A stretch of DNA of 64,000 nucleotides from an uncultured Rhodospirillaceae bacterium (GTDB lineage: Bacteria; Pseudomonadota; Alphaproteobacteria; UBA7887). The notes under the pieces were generated by a model, which was not told where the DNA came from, made no database searches, and worked only from the letters and a program-made list of their open reading frames with translations. Positions 11,925-21,883 of this stretch are shown one piece after another. The stretch covers positions 23,241-87,240 of the forward strand of contig CAZEWK010000097.1 of the NCBI GenBank assembly GCA_964515905.1. Direction: 5' to 3'. The translations under genes and the position numbers were made by a program. Each line of letters begins with the position of its first letter. Within the stretch, counting starts at the first letter, position 1.

Positions 11925-12230
11925 ATGAAATCCATGATGTCGAGAGCGGCAACCCTAGAACGGAAACTAACCGAATCGTTGCATGCCCAATCCGTTTATG
12001 TAATTGACGAATCTCATCTTCATGCAGGGCACAGCGGGGCCCCAGATGGGGGTGAATCCCATTTCCGTATAACCATTGTATCTAAACTATTCTCCGGAAT
12101 CGATAAAGTTAGCCGTCACCGCATGGTTTATACAATACTTTCCAACGAGCTCTCAGAAGAAGTACATGCGATATCGCTGAAGTTACTGACACCGGATGAG
12201 GCTAGCAAAGGCAAACCCCAAAAGATCTGA
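11925..12230 (+). CDS. bolA: BolA family protein
   Basis: DESHLHAGH, ESHF, F-x-G, RHRMVY, HAIS. Confidence 0.93.
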   Translation: MKSMMSRAATLERKLTESLHAQSVYVIDESHLHAGHSGAPDGGESHFRITIVSKLFSGIDKVSRHRMVYTILSNELSEEVHAISLKLLTPDEASKGKPQKI

Positions 12231-12325
12231 GGCCAAAGCCTATTGAAACCAAAATGAAAAAGAGGGATTGCTTTGCCATACTTACCAACTCTGCTAAGCT
12301 AACCCTCATCAAGAGGGACATCGAA

Positions 12326-13201
12326 ATGATTAGATATGAAAATCTTGCAGCTCCGTTCGGCAAGGGCGTTTATGGAATAGATTTGTCAGTTGGAATAACT
12401 GAAGAAACACTGAATGAGTTAACTCAGGCTCTGTACAAGCACCGTTTGCTCGTGCTTAAAGAGCAAACCTGTGATAAAGACTCGTACCTGAAATTTGGTC
12501 GACTTTGGGGCACTCCAATACAACACGTGGTAGACACAATACGGATGCCGGGCTACCCCGACTTGATATCAATTGGCAATTTGCAGGGAAAGGACGAAGA
12601 GAGCAGAAATAGTGCTGCTTTCTGGCACACAGACCAGGCCTACGATGCAGACGTCGCGACTGCAACAATGCTTTATGCTCAAAAAGTACCGGATAAAGGT
12701 GGAGAAACACGTATTGCAGATATGAAAGCTGCATATGATGATCTAAATTCTGCCTTCAAAAAACGGATCGATAATTTAACGACTGTACATTTGTATGGGG
12801 CTACTGCAGGACGCGATGGAGAAAGAAAAACTCGGGCCCTGACTGAGGCTCAGGCGGCTCGGGTGCCTCCTGTCCGACACGCTCTTGTCCGAACTCACAA
12901 CATTACTGGAAAACCCGCACTTTATGCCGTAGCAGGGACAGCTATCGCTATTGATGGAATGTCAGGTGAAGATTCAACAACTTTGTTAGCCGAGCTTAAA
13001 GCGCACTGTCTACAAGATAAATATTTGTACGCACATAAATATGAAGTTGGCGACATCGCGATTTGGGATACACAGATGACCATGCATTGCGCAACGCCTA
13101 TTGGTGCCCCAACAACCAAGGAGTCCGAACGTTTGCTTTGGCGGATAAGTGTTCGTGGAAATCCACCCATATACCAAAGAGAGAGAGACATACCCACCTA
13201 A
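12326..13201 (+). CDS. TauD/TfdA family Fe(II)/2-oxoglutarate dioxygenase
   Basis: Facial triad WHTD...TMH, GGET, GDIAIWD, R-L-L-W-R; start at ATG 12326 after GAGGG. Confidence 0.92.
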   Translation: MIRYENLAAPFGKGVYGIDLSVGITEETLNELTQALYKHRLLVLKEQTCDKDSYLKFGRLWGTPIQHVVDTIRMPGYPDLISIGNLQGKDEESRNSAAFWHTDQAYDADVATATMLYAQKVPDKGGETRIADMKAAYDDLNSAFKKRIDNLTTVHLYGATAGRDGERKTRALTEAQAARVPPVRHALVRTHNITGKPALYAVAGTAIAIDGMSGEDSTTLLAELKAHCLQDKYLYAHKYEVGDIAIWDTQMTMHCATPIGAPTTKESERLLWRISVRGNPPIYQRERDIPT

Positions 13202-13265
13202 CACCCTAAAATACAATTGAAAGTATTGCATAGTACAGATAACTGTACTTTTAAATTTTAGCCGG

Positions 13266-14546
13266 TTACGTAGGCCGGCGGGCAACCCGAATTTTTGTTA
13301 TCCTATTGCCGTCCCGCCCCATAATTTCGAACTGGAATTCATAGAAAAGGAAAACTTGCCCCTCATAAGGTATACGTTTCGCCTCATGAATCACGAGACC
13401 AGCGATAGTAGAGGCATCTTCATCAGGCAGCTTCCATTCTAGTGCTCGGTTAAGGGCGCGAACAGTAACTGCACCATCAAGTATATAAGACCCATCTGGC
13501 TCTGGACTCAGTTGAGTCACAAATTGATCCGACTCATCGCTGTCAGCATGGTCCTCATCAACAATATCTCCAACGATTTCCTCAAGGATGTCATCTAACG
13601 TGACTAGCCCTTTTAGATCCCCATACTCATCGACCACTAGAGCAAAATGAGAGCGTTGTTTTCGAAAAGACGATAGCTGATCCGCAAGGCTCGTTGTCTC
13701 AGGAACAAACCAAGGTTCCGTGGTTAAGCGAAGAACATCCAGGCCTGCCAGTTCACTTCCATAAGCATTTACTTCTCTCAAAAGGCTTTTTGCATGTAGC
13801 GTTCCGATTACGTTATCAGGGGTTCCTCTCCAAACGGGGAACCGAGTGTGCCTACTCTCTAGAACCTGTCGCACAATTTCCCTTGCAGGTTGTTCAATAT
13901 CTAAAGCTACCATATCTCGACGATGCACCATAACTTCACCTACCTCTAGATCGGCCAGGTCTAGCACACTTCTCAACATGTCCCGATAGTGTTTCCGCAT
14001 ACTCCCTTCTCTTACGTGGTAGTCCAGCATCCCCCTTATCTCGTCAAATGCCGACTGGGTCCAGGCACTATCTCCCCCCGCTCCAAACAAACGAAGTAAG
14101 CCGAGCACCAGCAACTGTATACACTGTGTTATAGGGGCAAGGGCTGACACCATTGGTCGCAAAATAGGTGCGACAACTAGTGCCATCCGGTCCGCTTGAC
14201 GGATAGCGTAGGTTTTCGGCATTACTTCGGCGAAAATCACCACTAAAATAGTCATTACAACTGTTGCATAAGCTATGCCCGCCTTGCCCACGTATCTGAT
14301 CATAAGGCTTGCTGCCAATGCCGATGCGAGAATATTAACCGCGTTGTTGCCAAGCAAAATCGCGCCAATTAGTCTTTCACGCCGGGAAATTAAACGGGCG
14401 GCCAAATTCGCGCGCTTGTCACCAGCTACTTCCAATTGGTGGATTCGGGACCGCCTAGCCGCAGTGAGCGCGGTCTCAGAACCTGACAGAAACGCAGATA
14501 CCAACAACAACACTAAAATAGAAACTATAGTTAGAAAAACGTCCAT
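13266..14546 (-). CDS. HlyC/CorC (CNNM) family transporter, DUF21-CBS-CorC
   Basis: SGSETA, ILLGNN, AEVMPK, CBS pair (RFPV, VVDEYG), C-terminal CorC domain. Confidence 0.95.
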   Translation of the reverse strand: MDVFLTIVSILVLLLVSAFLSGSETALTAARRSRIHQLEVAGDKRANLAARLISRRERLIGAILLGNNAVNILASALAASLMIRYVGKAGIAYATVVMTILVVIFAEVMPKTYAIRQADRMALVVAPILRPMVSALAPITQCIQLLVLGLLRLFGAGGDSAWTQSAFDEIRGMLDYHVREGSMRKHYRDMLRSVLDLADLEVGEVMVHRRDMVALDIEQPAREIVRQVLESRHTRFPVWRGTPDNVIGTLHAKSLLREVNAYGSELAGLDVLRLTTEPWFVPETTSLADQLSSFRKQRSHFALVVDEYGDLKGLVTLDDILEEIVGDIVDEDHADSDESDQFVTQLSPEPDGSYILDGAVTVRALNRALEWKLPDEDASTIAGLVIHEAKRIPYEGQVFLFYEFQFEIMGRDGNRITKIRVARRPT

Positions 14547-14664
14547 TATCTTAAATCGACGGTCGGTCTATCCCAATATGTTAACAGTACATTGACACAC
14601 TTGTTAGATCTATCAAAACAAACAAGTATGCAGACTAACGAATACGTTTGGTCATTGCTCTTCG

Positions 14665-15780
14665 CTACCCGTCGACGTATGCCTCCATCAATTGCAAAAG
14701 ATCCGATTTTGTAACCTGGTTATTTACAAAGGCATTTCCTATAGCATCAGCAAGGATTAACACCTGTCGTCCATCCCGTATTTTTTTATCCTGAGCCATA
14801 TGCAAAAGAAGTCGTTCCGCGCTCCAACTGTGTCCGCTGAGGTTTGGAAGTTTAGTGGGAAGACCCACGGCCTCAAAATGTGCTCGAACCTGATGAAATT
14901 CGGTCTCTGAGCAATAACCAAGCCGGCATGAGAGATCAAAAGCAAAAACCATGCCAATTGCAACTGCCTCCCCATGTAGCATTCGAGCGTCGAACCCGAG
15001 ATCAGCCTCGAAAGCATGACCAAAGGTATGACCCAAGTTAAGTAACAGCCTACGACCGCTCTCCCGTTCATCTTCGCCAACGATTTTTGCCTTTATTTCA
15101 CAGCATTTGGTCACTGCTCGCCGCAAGGCCAGTGCGTCGCCATCGATTAGATTCTGCGCGTTGTCCTCCAACCAACGAAAAAAATCTGCGTCACTGAGTA
15201 AACTATACTTTACGACCTCGGCGTAGCCCGCCAAAAACTCCCGCCGGGGCAAAGTACCAAGCACCTCGGTATCAGCAATAACAAGTGTAGGCTGGTGGAA
15301 AGTCCCAACAAGGTTTTTCCCGTGCTGAGTATTTATACCTGTTTTCCCACCTACTGAGCTGTCCACTTGCGACAATAAAGTAGTTGGCATTTGCACACAG
15401 TCGACGCCCCTAAGAATAATGCTGGCAGCAAACCCGGCAAGATCGCCCACAACGCCTCCACCAAGAGCTATAACTATCGAATCTCTAGCTATACCTGCCT
15501 TCAACATTTCTTTAATCAGCCACTCTAAGTGAATGAAGTCTTTACTTGCTTCTCCAGCCGGCAACACAATTGATTCACATGACATATCTGCCGCATCCAG
15601 AGATCGCTGTAATGGCTCAAGATATAAGCCCGCTATGCAATCATCGGTTACAACCAGTACTTGTCGACGCCCCAGTTTCTCTCTCAAAATCTCTGCCGCA
15701 GACTGAAGAATTGAGTTCCCAATTAATATCTCATAGCTGGTTGAACCAAGATGTACCGGGACTATAGAATAGTCGGTCAA
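14665..15780 (-). CDS. aroB: 3-dehydroquinate synthase
   Basis: GGGVVGD, PTTLLSQVDSSVGGKT, KNLVG, LNLGHTFGH, HGEAV. Confidence 0.98.
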   Translation of the reverse strand: MTDYSIVPVHLGSTSYEILIGNSILQSAAEILREKLGRRQVLVVTDDCIAGLYLEPLQRSLDAADMSCESIVLPAGEASKDFIHLEWLIKEMLKAGIARDSIVIALGGGVVGDLAGFAASIILRGVDCVQMPTTLLSQVDSSVGGKTGINTQHGKNLVGTFHQPTLVIADTEVLGTLPRREFLAGYAEVVKYSLLSDADFFRWLEDNAQNLIDGDALALRRAVTKCCEIKAKIVGEDERESGRRLLLNLGHTFGHAFEADLGFDARMLHGEAVAIGMVFAFDLSCRLGYCSETEFHQVRAHFEAVGLPTKLPNLSGHSWSAERLLLHMAQDKKIRDGRQVLILADAIGNAFVNNQVTKSDLLQLMEAYVDG

Positions 15781-16394
15781 GTTAGAGCCTCCTTCCCCGG
15801 AACAGCTCGGATCACAGATAACCCACTTAGAGGGCGATAGTCCGTTATCCGGTCAATTATCTGTTCCACCACCTTTTCGTGAGTTCCTTCGACACTGTCA
15901 ACCACCAAGTCAGCCAACGCATATACTGGATATCTTGAACGAATCAACTCAGCTAGTATATCCCGAGGATCCCCCTTCTTTAAAAGTGGTCTGTTCTCAC
16001 GTCGCAGAACTCTCGGATGCAAAACATCGAGCTCGGCTCTTAGCCATATTGAGAGGGCATTTTTTCGAATCAAATGGCGAGTTGCAGGATCAATAAAAGC
16101 TCCGCCGCCAGCAGCCATCACGTGTAAGGGACATTCCAATAACTCCCCAATGACAGAATGTTCAAACTTACGAAATACTTCTTCTCCTCGATATTCAAAA
16201 ATATCGGAAATAGTCGCTCCATACCTTAATTCAATCTCTGTATCTGCATCAATAAATCGTAAGCCCAAACGGGTTGCCAAGCGCCGGCCAATGGCACTTT
16301 TGCCTGCCCCCATCAGGCCCACCAAAACAATAGTTTTGTCTAATTTTATCTCCTTATTACGCACAGTAGAAATCAGTCCCAAATATTTTCTCAT
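15777..16394 (-). CDS. aroK: Shikimate kinase
   Basis: GLMGAGKS P-loop, D-x-D, GGG, RPLL; 4-nt overlap with aroB. Start uncertain (ATG 16394 or GTG 16364). Confidence 0.93.
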   Translation of the reverse strand: MRKYLGLISTVRNKEIKLDKTIVLVGLMGAGKSAIGRRLATRLGLRFIDADTEIELRYGATISDIFEYRGEEVFRKFEHSVIGELLECPLHVMAAGGGAFIDPATRHLIRKNALSIWLRAELDVLHPRVLRRENRPLLKKGDPRDILAELIRSRYPVYALADLVVDSVEGTHEKVVEQIIDRITDYRPLSGLSVIRAVPGKEALT

Positions 16395-16525
16395 ACAAAC
16401 CAACACAAGCCGTTGTATCGGTGCCGTTGAGCCGATAAATTGCCAATCAATAGGCACTAACCATATCATAAAGGCAAGCAAATGTGGTTTTTTACGATTA
16501 CCCCGAAAGGGAGCAAGATTCACAA

Positions 16526-16666
16526 ATGAGGGTATTGTACCGTTTGATCAGTATCACATTATTGTTTTGCCTTGCCGCAGGTGCAGTATTCCTGTTCACG
16601 TGGGATATACCGCCACCGTCCGCACCAATTGAAAAAGTGATACCGAATGACCGTTTCCCGAACTAA
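16526..16666 (+). CDS. Small single-pass membrane protein (46 aa)
   Basis: MRVLYRLISITLLFCLAAGAVFLFTWDIPPPSAPIEKVIPNDRFPN; AGGGAG RBS; overlaps the next ORF start. Confidence 0.65.
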   Translation: MRVLYRLISITLLFCLAAGAVFLFTWDIPPPSAPIEKVIPNDRFPN

Positions 16667-18428
16667 ATTATATTTTATATTTTTATTTATAGGTTTTTGC
16701 ACATTTCCCAGCTTCAGCGCTTTACCACAAGAAGCTGTCTCTCCAACTATACCAAATCCGACAATCAGCACTCAGCTAGAAAATAACACCAATTCTCAGG
16801 CTAGTGAAACAGATACAAGTATTTTGATAGACACACTTCAGGCTATAGATCCGGAGTCCATTGGCTTGCTTTCTGAGGCCAACGGAGGTTTTAGTTCGGA
16901 TCTTTGGCTCCGAAGCAACAGAACACAAGTCGAGTCACTTCTACTACAATTGCCAACGGGAGTCCGTTCTCGCGCAGCCCATCAGCTTCTCAAAACACTT
17001 ATCTTATCTTCTGGACCTCCTCCCGAAAAAAAAAGTGATTCGGTCGATTTTCTGGAGCTTCGGCTAGAAACATTAATCAACCTGGGTGAATTCGAATCTT
17101 TCCTCGAACTTTTTGGAAAAATTCCTGATAGTGCGATAACAGAAAATATAAGGAAATTGAAGTCTAATCTTTTGTTGTTGATGGGTGATATTGAATCTGC
17201 TTGTACATTAGTAAATAACCAAGTTCGAGAGGGGGAAAGCCCCTATTGGCAAAAAGCGTTATTCATATGCCAACTGATGAAAGGTGAGGATGCTCGCGCC
17301 GCTTTGACACTAGGACTTTTAAGGGAGCAAAATAAAGGCGTCAGTATAGACTTTATAGAACTCGGAGGCCTTTCGTTAGGTGAAATACCGACCCTATCAA
17401 CCCCTCCTATACCCAACCCACTTAATTTTGCTTTATTGCTAGGAACAGAGGAACGAATTCCTGACCACTGGCTAGTTAGTGGAGGCCCATCAATACAAAG
17501 AGCAATAGCTGAATCGGCCACAATTCCTCTTACGACGCGGTAGATCGCCGGAGAAAATGCAGCAGAAATGGGCGTATTTAGTGCTGATGACGTGGGTTAT
17601 CTTTATCGTTTAATGCAATTCAACGACGAAGAGCTAGACAACGCAATTTCGGAAGCAAAACGAGTTGGCGGCCCCATCGGACGTGCGTTATTGTATCAGG
17701 CTAGCAGGAGGCCACAAAGCATCGAGAAACGAGCCAGCTTGTTGGTCGCATCATGGCGCAATAGCCTCGTTACTGGTCATGGTCTGCTCACAGCGCACGT
17801 TAACAAAAAAGCTCTTCTTTCTCTCCCGGTTAACGATCAAATAGCTAACTTTGCCCCACAAGTTGCAAGGGCACTGCTGGCCACTGACAACGGAGACATC
17901 TTCGGGCTTTGGCTCAAGTTTTTAAACAAAAAAGCAACGACAGATGACCAACTCCAACAGGCTCTTGATTCTATAATGCCGATCGTCGTTGTAGCTAATA
18001 CGACTGACAAAACACTCTGGAAGCCCGAACTAGCAAAGAAATGGTGGGACTCGATCGAGGACATTAAAATATCTGATACGGTGGATTATGCCAAAAACTC
18101 GGAAAGGGCCAGCCGCCTTTTTGCTGTTCTTGAGGCTCTGGGATACAACATAGGACCAGATGGCTGGAATCTTCTGCTGAGTGGCCCGAAGGTCATCACT
18201 GCTAAAGTACCGAATACAGGCGTGCGTTATGGCCTGCATCGAACCGCACAAGCAGAACAGGTGGGCGAGACCATATTATTTTCTTTGTTAGCGCTTGGAG
18301 AAGGTGGACCGGCAGAGGCTGGGCCTGTCGCTTTAAGCCTGGTTATTCGCTGCCTTCGTCATGTTGGAGTAATACAAAACGCTCAAGCAATCGCGTTAGA
18401 AGCCGTAATAGTAAGTAAATTTCAATGA
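16647..18428 (+). pseudogene. Large exported hypothetical protein upstream of xerD, interrupted by one in-frame TAG at 17541-17543
   Basis: ORFs 16647..17543 and 17568..18428 share a frame and are separated only by TAG plus 8 sense codons (TTR*IAGENAAEMG); N-terminal signal peptide; read-through product 593 aa. Confidence 0.7.
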
Positions 18429-19351
18429 CACAAAATGAAGTCGAGTCGGTTAACTCATTTTTGGAAATGATGATCTCCGAGAGAGGCGCCAGTCCGAACA
18501 CAATTGCAGCTTATCAAAAAGACCTCTCCGCATTTACAACACATCTTAGAAAGTTGGGCCGTTCCTTAAATGATACTACAACTCAACAAGTCCGGAATTA
18601 TTTACGGACTTTGCATAAAGCCGGTCGCAGTTCAAATACCCAAGCACGACACCTTTCTGCACTTAGACAGTATTTTCGTTTCTTGCAGACTGAAGAACTT
18701 CGAAAGGACCACCCATGCGCAACAATAGAACCTCCTCGTCGCACACGTTCTTTACCAAAGATATTGAGTGAGGCAGAAATAGACCAACTGATCAAAGAAG
18801 CTAGAAACTTTCCGGGGCCGGAGGGCGTCCGCTTATTGACAATAGTAGAAATTCTTTATGCTACCGGTTTACGCATTTCCGAACTTGTCACCCTTCCCTT
18901 GAGCGCCTTAAATCATAACTCCCTTTGTATCATGGTGAAGGGGAAAGGCGGTAGGGAGAGGATGGTTCCTATCGGCGAGCCCGCAGCCTTGGCACTGGAA
19001 AATTATCTGGAAATCCGCGCTTATTTTGACAGATCAGAACCACAATCAAGGTGGCTCTTCCCTTCACGGGGGGCTAGCGGCCAGTTGACTCGGCGTCGAG
19101 TGGGCCAATTGCTAAAAGAACTTGCTCGACGCTCTGGAGTTGACGTTCAAAAAGTCTCCCCTCACATATTGAGGCATGCCTTTGCGAGCCACCTATTGGA
19201 TAATGGGGCCGATCTGCGAAGCGTCCAATCCATGTTAGGACATGCTGACATTTCGAGCACACAAATTTATACTCATGTTTTACAAAGTCGTCTGCAACAG
19301 CTGATCCAAGATCACCACCCTTTACACAAGGACAAATTATTAGGAAATTAA
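18425..19351 (+). CDS. xerD: Site-specific tyrosine recombinase XerD
   Basis: YATGLRISEL, GKGGRER, HILRHAFASH, LGHADISSTQIYTH; housekeeping context next to accA. Confidence 0.93.
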   Translation: MTQNEVESVNSFLEMMISERGASPNTIAAYQKDLSAFTTHLRKLGRSLNDTTTQQVRNYLRTLHKAGRSSNTQARHLSALRQYFRFLQTEELRKDHPCATIEPPRRTRSLPKILSEAEIDQLIKEARNFPGPEGVRLLTIVEILYATGLRISELVTLPLSALNHNSLCIMVKGKGGRERMVPIGEPAALALENYLEIRAYFDRSEPQSRWLFPSRGASGQLTRRRVGQLLKELARRSGVDVQKVSPHILRHAFASHLLDNGADLRSVQSMLGHADISSTQIYTHVLQSRLQQLIQDHHPLHKDKLLGN

Positions 19352-19406
19352 GATATGCACAGTTTTTTTGGTGCACAGCAAAGAGATAAATGGTAGAATA
19401 TCGGCT

Positions 19407-20363
19407 ATGAATACGTTTCTTGATTTTGAGAAACCTATCGCTGAGCTTGAAGGAAAGATCAAGGAACTGCACCATTTAAGCAGCTCTGATCATCTCAACA
19501 TTGTTGACGAGGTTTCACGTCTGCAGGATAAGGCCGAGCGTCTTTTGAAGCAGACTTATGCGGAACTTACTCCCTGGCAAAAAACCCAGGTCGCACGTCA
19601 CCCGGAACGCCCTCATACAAGCGATTACATCGAATCACTTATCGATAATTTTAATCCTCTAGCGGGTGACAGGTGTTTTGGCGAAGATAAAGCTATTTTA
19701 GGCGGGATTGGCCGTTTCCGGGGTTTTTCAGTGGTCGTTATCGGCCACGAGAAGGGTGCCAACACTCAAGATCGGGTCGAACACAATTTTGGCATGGCTC
19801 GTCCCGAAGGTTATCGCAAAGCTGTGCGTTTAATAAAGCTCGCTGACCACTTTGGACTTCCGGTAATCACTTTTATTGACACACCAGGCGCTTACCCCGG
19901 TGTTGGCGCAGAAGAGCGTGGCCAAGCTGAAGCGATAGCACGCTCCACAGAAGCTTGCCTTAGTCTAAGGGCACCACTTATCAGCGTAATTATAGGAGAA
20001 GGAGGGTCAGGGGGGGCTATAGCCCTTGCAACCGCAAACCAAGTAATCATGCTAGAAAATTCTATCTACTCAGTAATTTCACCCGAAGGTTGCGCGTCAA
20101 TATTATGGAGGAGTGCAGAGAGAGCCGTGGACGCGGCAGAAGCGCTCCGCCTTACCGCACAGGATCTGCACAAACTAAAGCTTATCGATGAGATAGTAGG
20201 AGAACCGATTGGTGGCGCACACCGGGCACCCAAACAAGTAATAGATGGGATCGGAGAAAAACTCCACTCGAGTATTTTAGCATTAATTAAGGTTCCTAAA
20301 GGGGAACTCCGGTCCCAACGAAAACAGAAATTTTTGAGAATTGGAGAGCCTGCAACAGATTAA
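19407..20363 (+). CDS. accA: Acetyl-CoA carboxylase carboxyltransferase alpha subunit
   Basis: LDFEKPI, ARHPERP, PEGYRKA, DTPGAYPG, GEGGSGGA, SPEGCASILW. Confidence 0.98.
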   Translation: MNTFLDFEKPIAELEGKIKELHHLSSSDHLNIVDEVSRLQDKAERLLKQTYAELTPWQKTQVARHPERPHTSDYIESLIDNFNPLAGDRCFGEDKAILGGIGRFRGFSVVVIGHEKGANTQDRVEHNFGMARPEGYRKAVRLIKLADHFGLPVITFIDTPGAYPGVGAEERGQAEAIARSTEACLSLRAPLISVIIGEGGSGGAIALATANQVIMLENSIYSVISPEGCASILWRSAERAVDAAEALRLTAQDLHKLKLIDEIVGEPIGGAHRAPKQVIDGIGEKLHSSILALIKVPKGELRSQRKQKFLRIGEPATD

Positions 20364-20460
20364 AAGACGTGACTAAAGCGTTAGTAGGCGGGTCGTATCA
20401 AAAAAAACTTCACATGGTTACGTGTTGGCCTGGTTAGAATCTGAGAAGTAGTCCTTATGA

Positions 20461-21876
20461 CTAGATCAGACGAACATACTCATAATCAAAAGGATGGCCA
20501 TTAATACCTCGCGGCGGTGGTGCAATCCAACCAGAAATTTTCCCTTGCGCCGTAACGGGCTGCATTAGGCTTGAAACAAAATCTTTATCGTCTCCAGTGG
20601 GAAGCCAAGCATCCATGCAACTTGCCCAGTGGTCAGCTGCCACAGGCACACCGTCCGGGGCCATATGAAACTCTGCGAAGTTGCCTATCTGCCGATTGAA
20701 CCCGACATGAGGCAAGGAAAGTCGCCGTCCAATATTGTACTCTTGGAGCACTCTATTCCATCGCAACAAACCCCGCGAGCAATCTTTCACGAAGTCTTGC
20801 CGCAGCCGCTCGTTCAAGGCACTTATAGCTGGAACTTTTATACTAGTTGGAGCCTCGGTGCCCCACTCGGGGATAATCTGAGAGGAATCATGTAGCTGGT
20901 GGTCATCATTGATCTTTGACTCATTGTAGCGCCCCTTGAGTCCAGAACTATAGTACGCAGCAGCATTTGAGGATTTTTCACTTCCAAAAAGATCTAACGA
21001 TACGGAATAATGGAAGTTTATGTAACGCTGAATAGTATCCAGGTCGATACCTCCAAACGGCCTAACGTCATCAGTATCATGCTTGACCATCAGTTCCGCT
21101 GTGCGCTCGATCACTCTCTTGACACCACTCTCACCGACAAACATATGGTGGGCCTCTTCCGTAAGCATAAATCGACAGGTCCTTGCTAATGGATCGAATG
21201 CGGACTCTGCCAGAGAAGCCAGCTGATACTTGCCATCCCGATCCGTAAAATACGTGAACATGAAAAACGCGAGCCAATCAGCCGTTGGTTCATTGAACGC
21301 ACCCAGTATACGGGGTCGATCCGGATGGCCAGAGTGTCTCTCCAACATCATATCGGCTTCTTCCCGACCATCACGCCCAAAGTAAGCATGAAGCAGGTAT
21401 ACCATAGCCCACAAATGGCGGCCTTCCTCAACGTTGACCTGAAACAGGTTTCTCAAATCATAAAGAGATGGCGCAGACCTCCCGAGCAATCTTTGCTGTT
21501 CTACCGACGCTGGCTCTGTATCTCCTTGAGTGACAATAAGCCGGCGCAAATTAGCCCGATGTTCCCCGGGCACTTGGTTCCACACGGGCATACCCTTATC
21601 CTGCCCGAATCCGATCTTGCGTTCCGGGTCTTGTTCGCTCAAGAAAATACCCCAGCGGTATCTCGGCATTTGCACATAATCAAAATGTGCCCAGCCTCCG
21701 GGCTCAATACTTATCGCCGTACGCAAATACACTTCAGACTGCTGAAACCCTTCTGGTCCCATTTCATCCCACCAGTCCAAGAAATGCGGTTGCCAAGTTT
21801 CCAAGGCCCTAAGCAAACGTCTGTCATCACCAAGCGAAACATTATTTGGAATCTGATCACTATAATCAATATGCAT
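20461..21876 (-). CDS. boxB: Benzoyl-CoA 2,3-epoxidase, di-iron oxygenase subunit
   Basis: IPNNV N-terminus, QGDTEPASVEQ, di-iron ExxH motifs VEEGRH and TEEAHH, FTDRDG, WIAPP; ATG at 21876 with AGGTGG RBS. Confidence 0.95.
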   Translation of the reverse strand: MHIDYSDQIPNNVSLGDDRRLLRALETWQPHFLDWWDEMGPEGFQQSEVYLRTAISIEPGGWAHFDYVQMPRYRWGIFLSEQDPERKIGFGQDKGMPVWNQVPGEHRANLRRLIVTQGDTEPASVEQQRLLGRSAPSLYDLRNLFQVNVEEGRHLWAMVYLLHAYFGRDGREEADMMLERHSGHPDRPRILGAFNEPTADWLAFFMFTYFTDRDGKYQLASLAESAFDPLARTCRFMLTEEAHHMFVGESGVKRVIERTAELMVKHDTDDVRPFGGIDLDTIQRYINFHYSVSLDLFGSEKSSNAAAYYSSGLKGRYNESKINDDHQLHDSSQIIPEWGTEAPTSIKVPAISALNERLRQDFVKDCSRGLLRWNRVLQEYNIGRRLSLPHVGFNRQIGNFAEFHMAPDGVPVAADHWASCMDAWLPTGDDKDFVSSLMQPVTAQGKISGWIAPPPRGINGHPFDYEYVRLI

Positions 21877-21883
21877 CAGCCAC

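Noticed and set aside
14581-14596. TTAA-N7-TTGAC as a CtrA box upstream of the corC-like gene
   Set aside because: It is a single mismatched site in AT-rich DNA and cannot be told from chance.
15777-16523. Shikimate-kinase ORF as BoxR (HTH plus shikimate-kinase-like regulator), given the nearby box genes
   Set aside because: The upstream extension has no HTH and the gene is coupled to aroB, so it is ordinary AroK.
18425-19351. Tyrosine recombinase as a possible phage or island integrase
   Set aside because: Motifs and the aroK/accA context fit housekeeping XerD; no att repeats, tRNA or phage genes are nearby.
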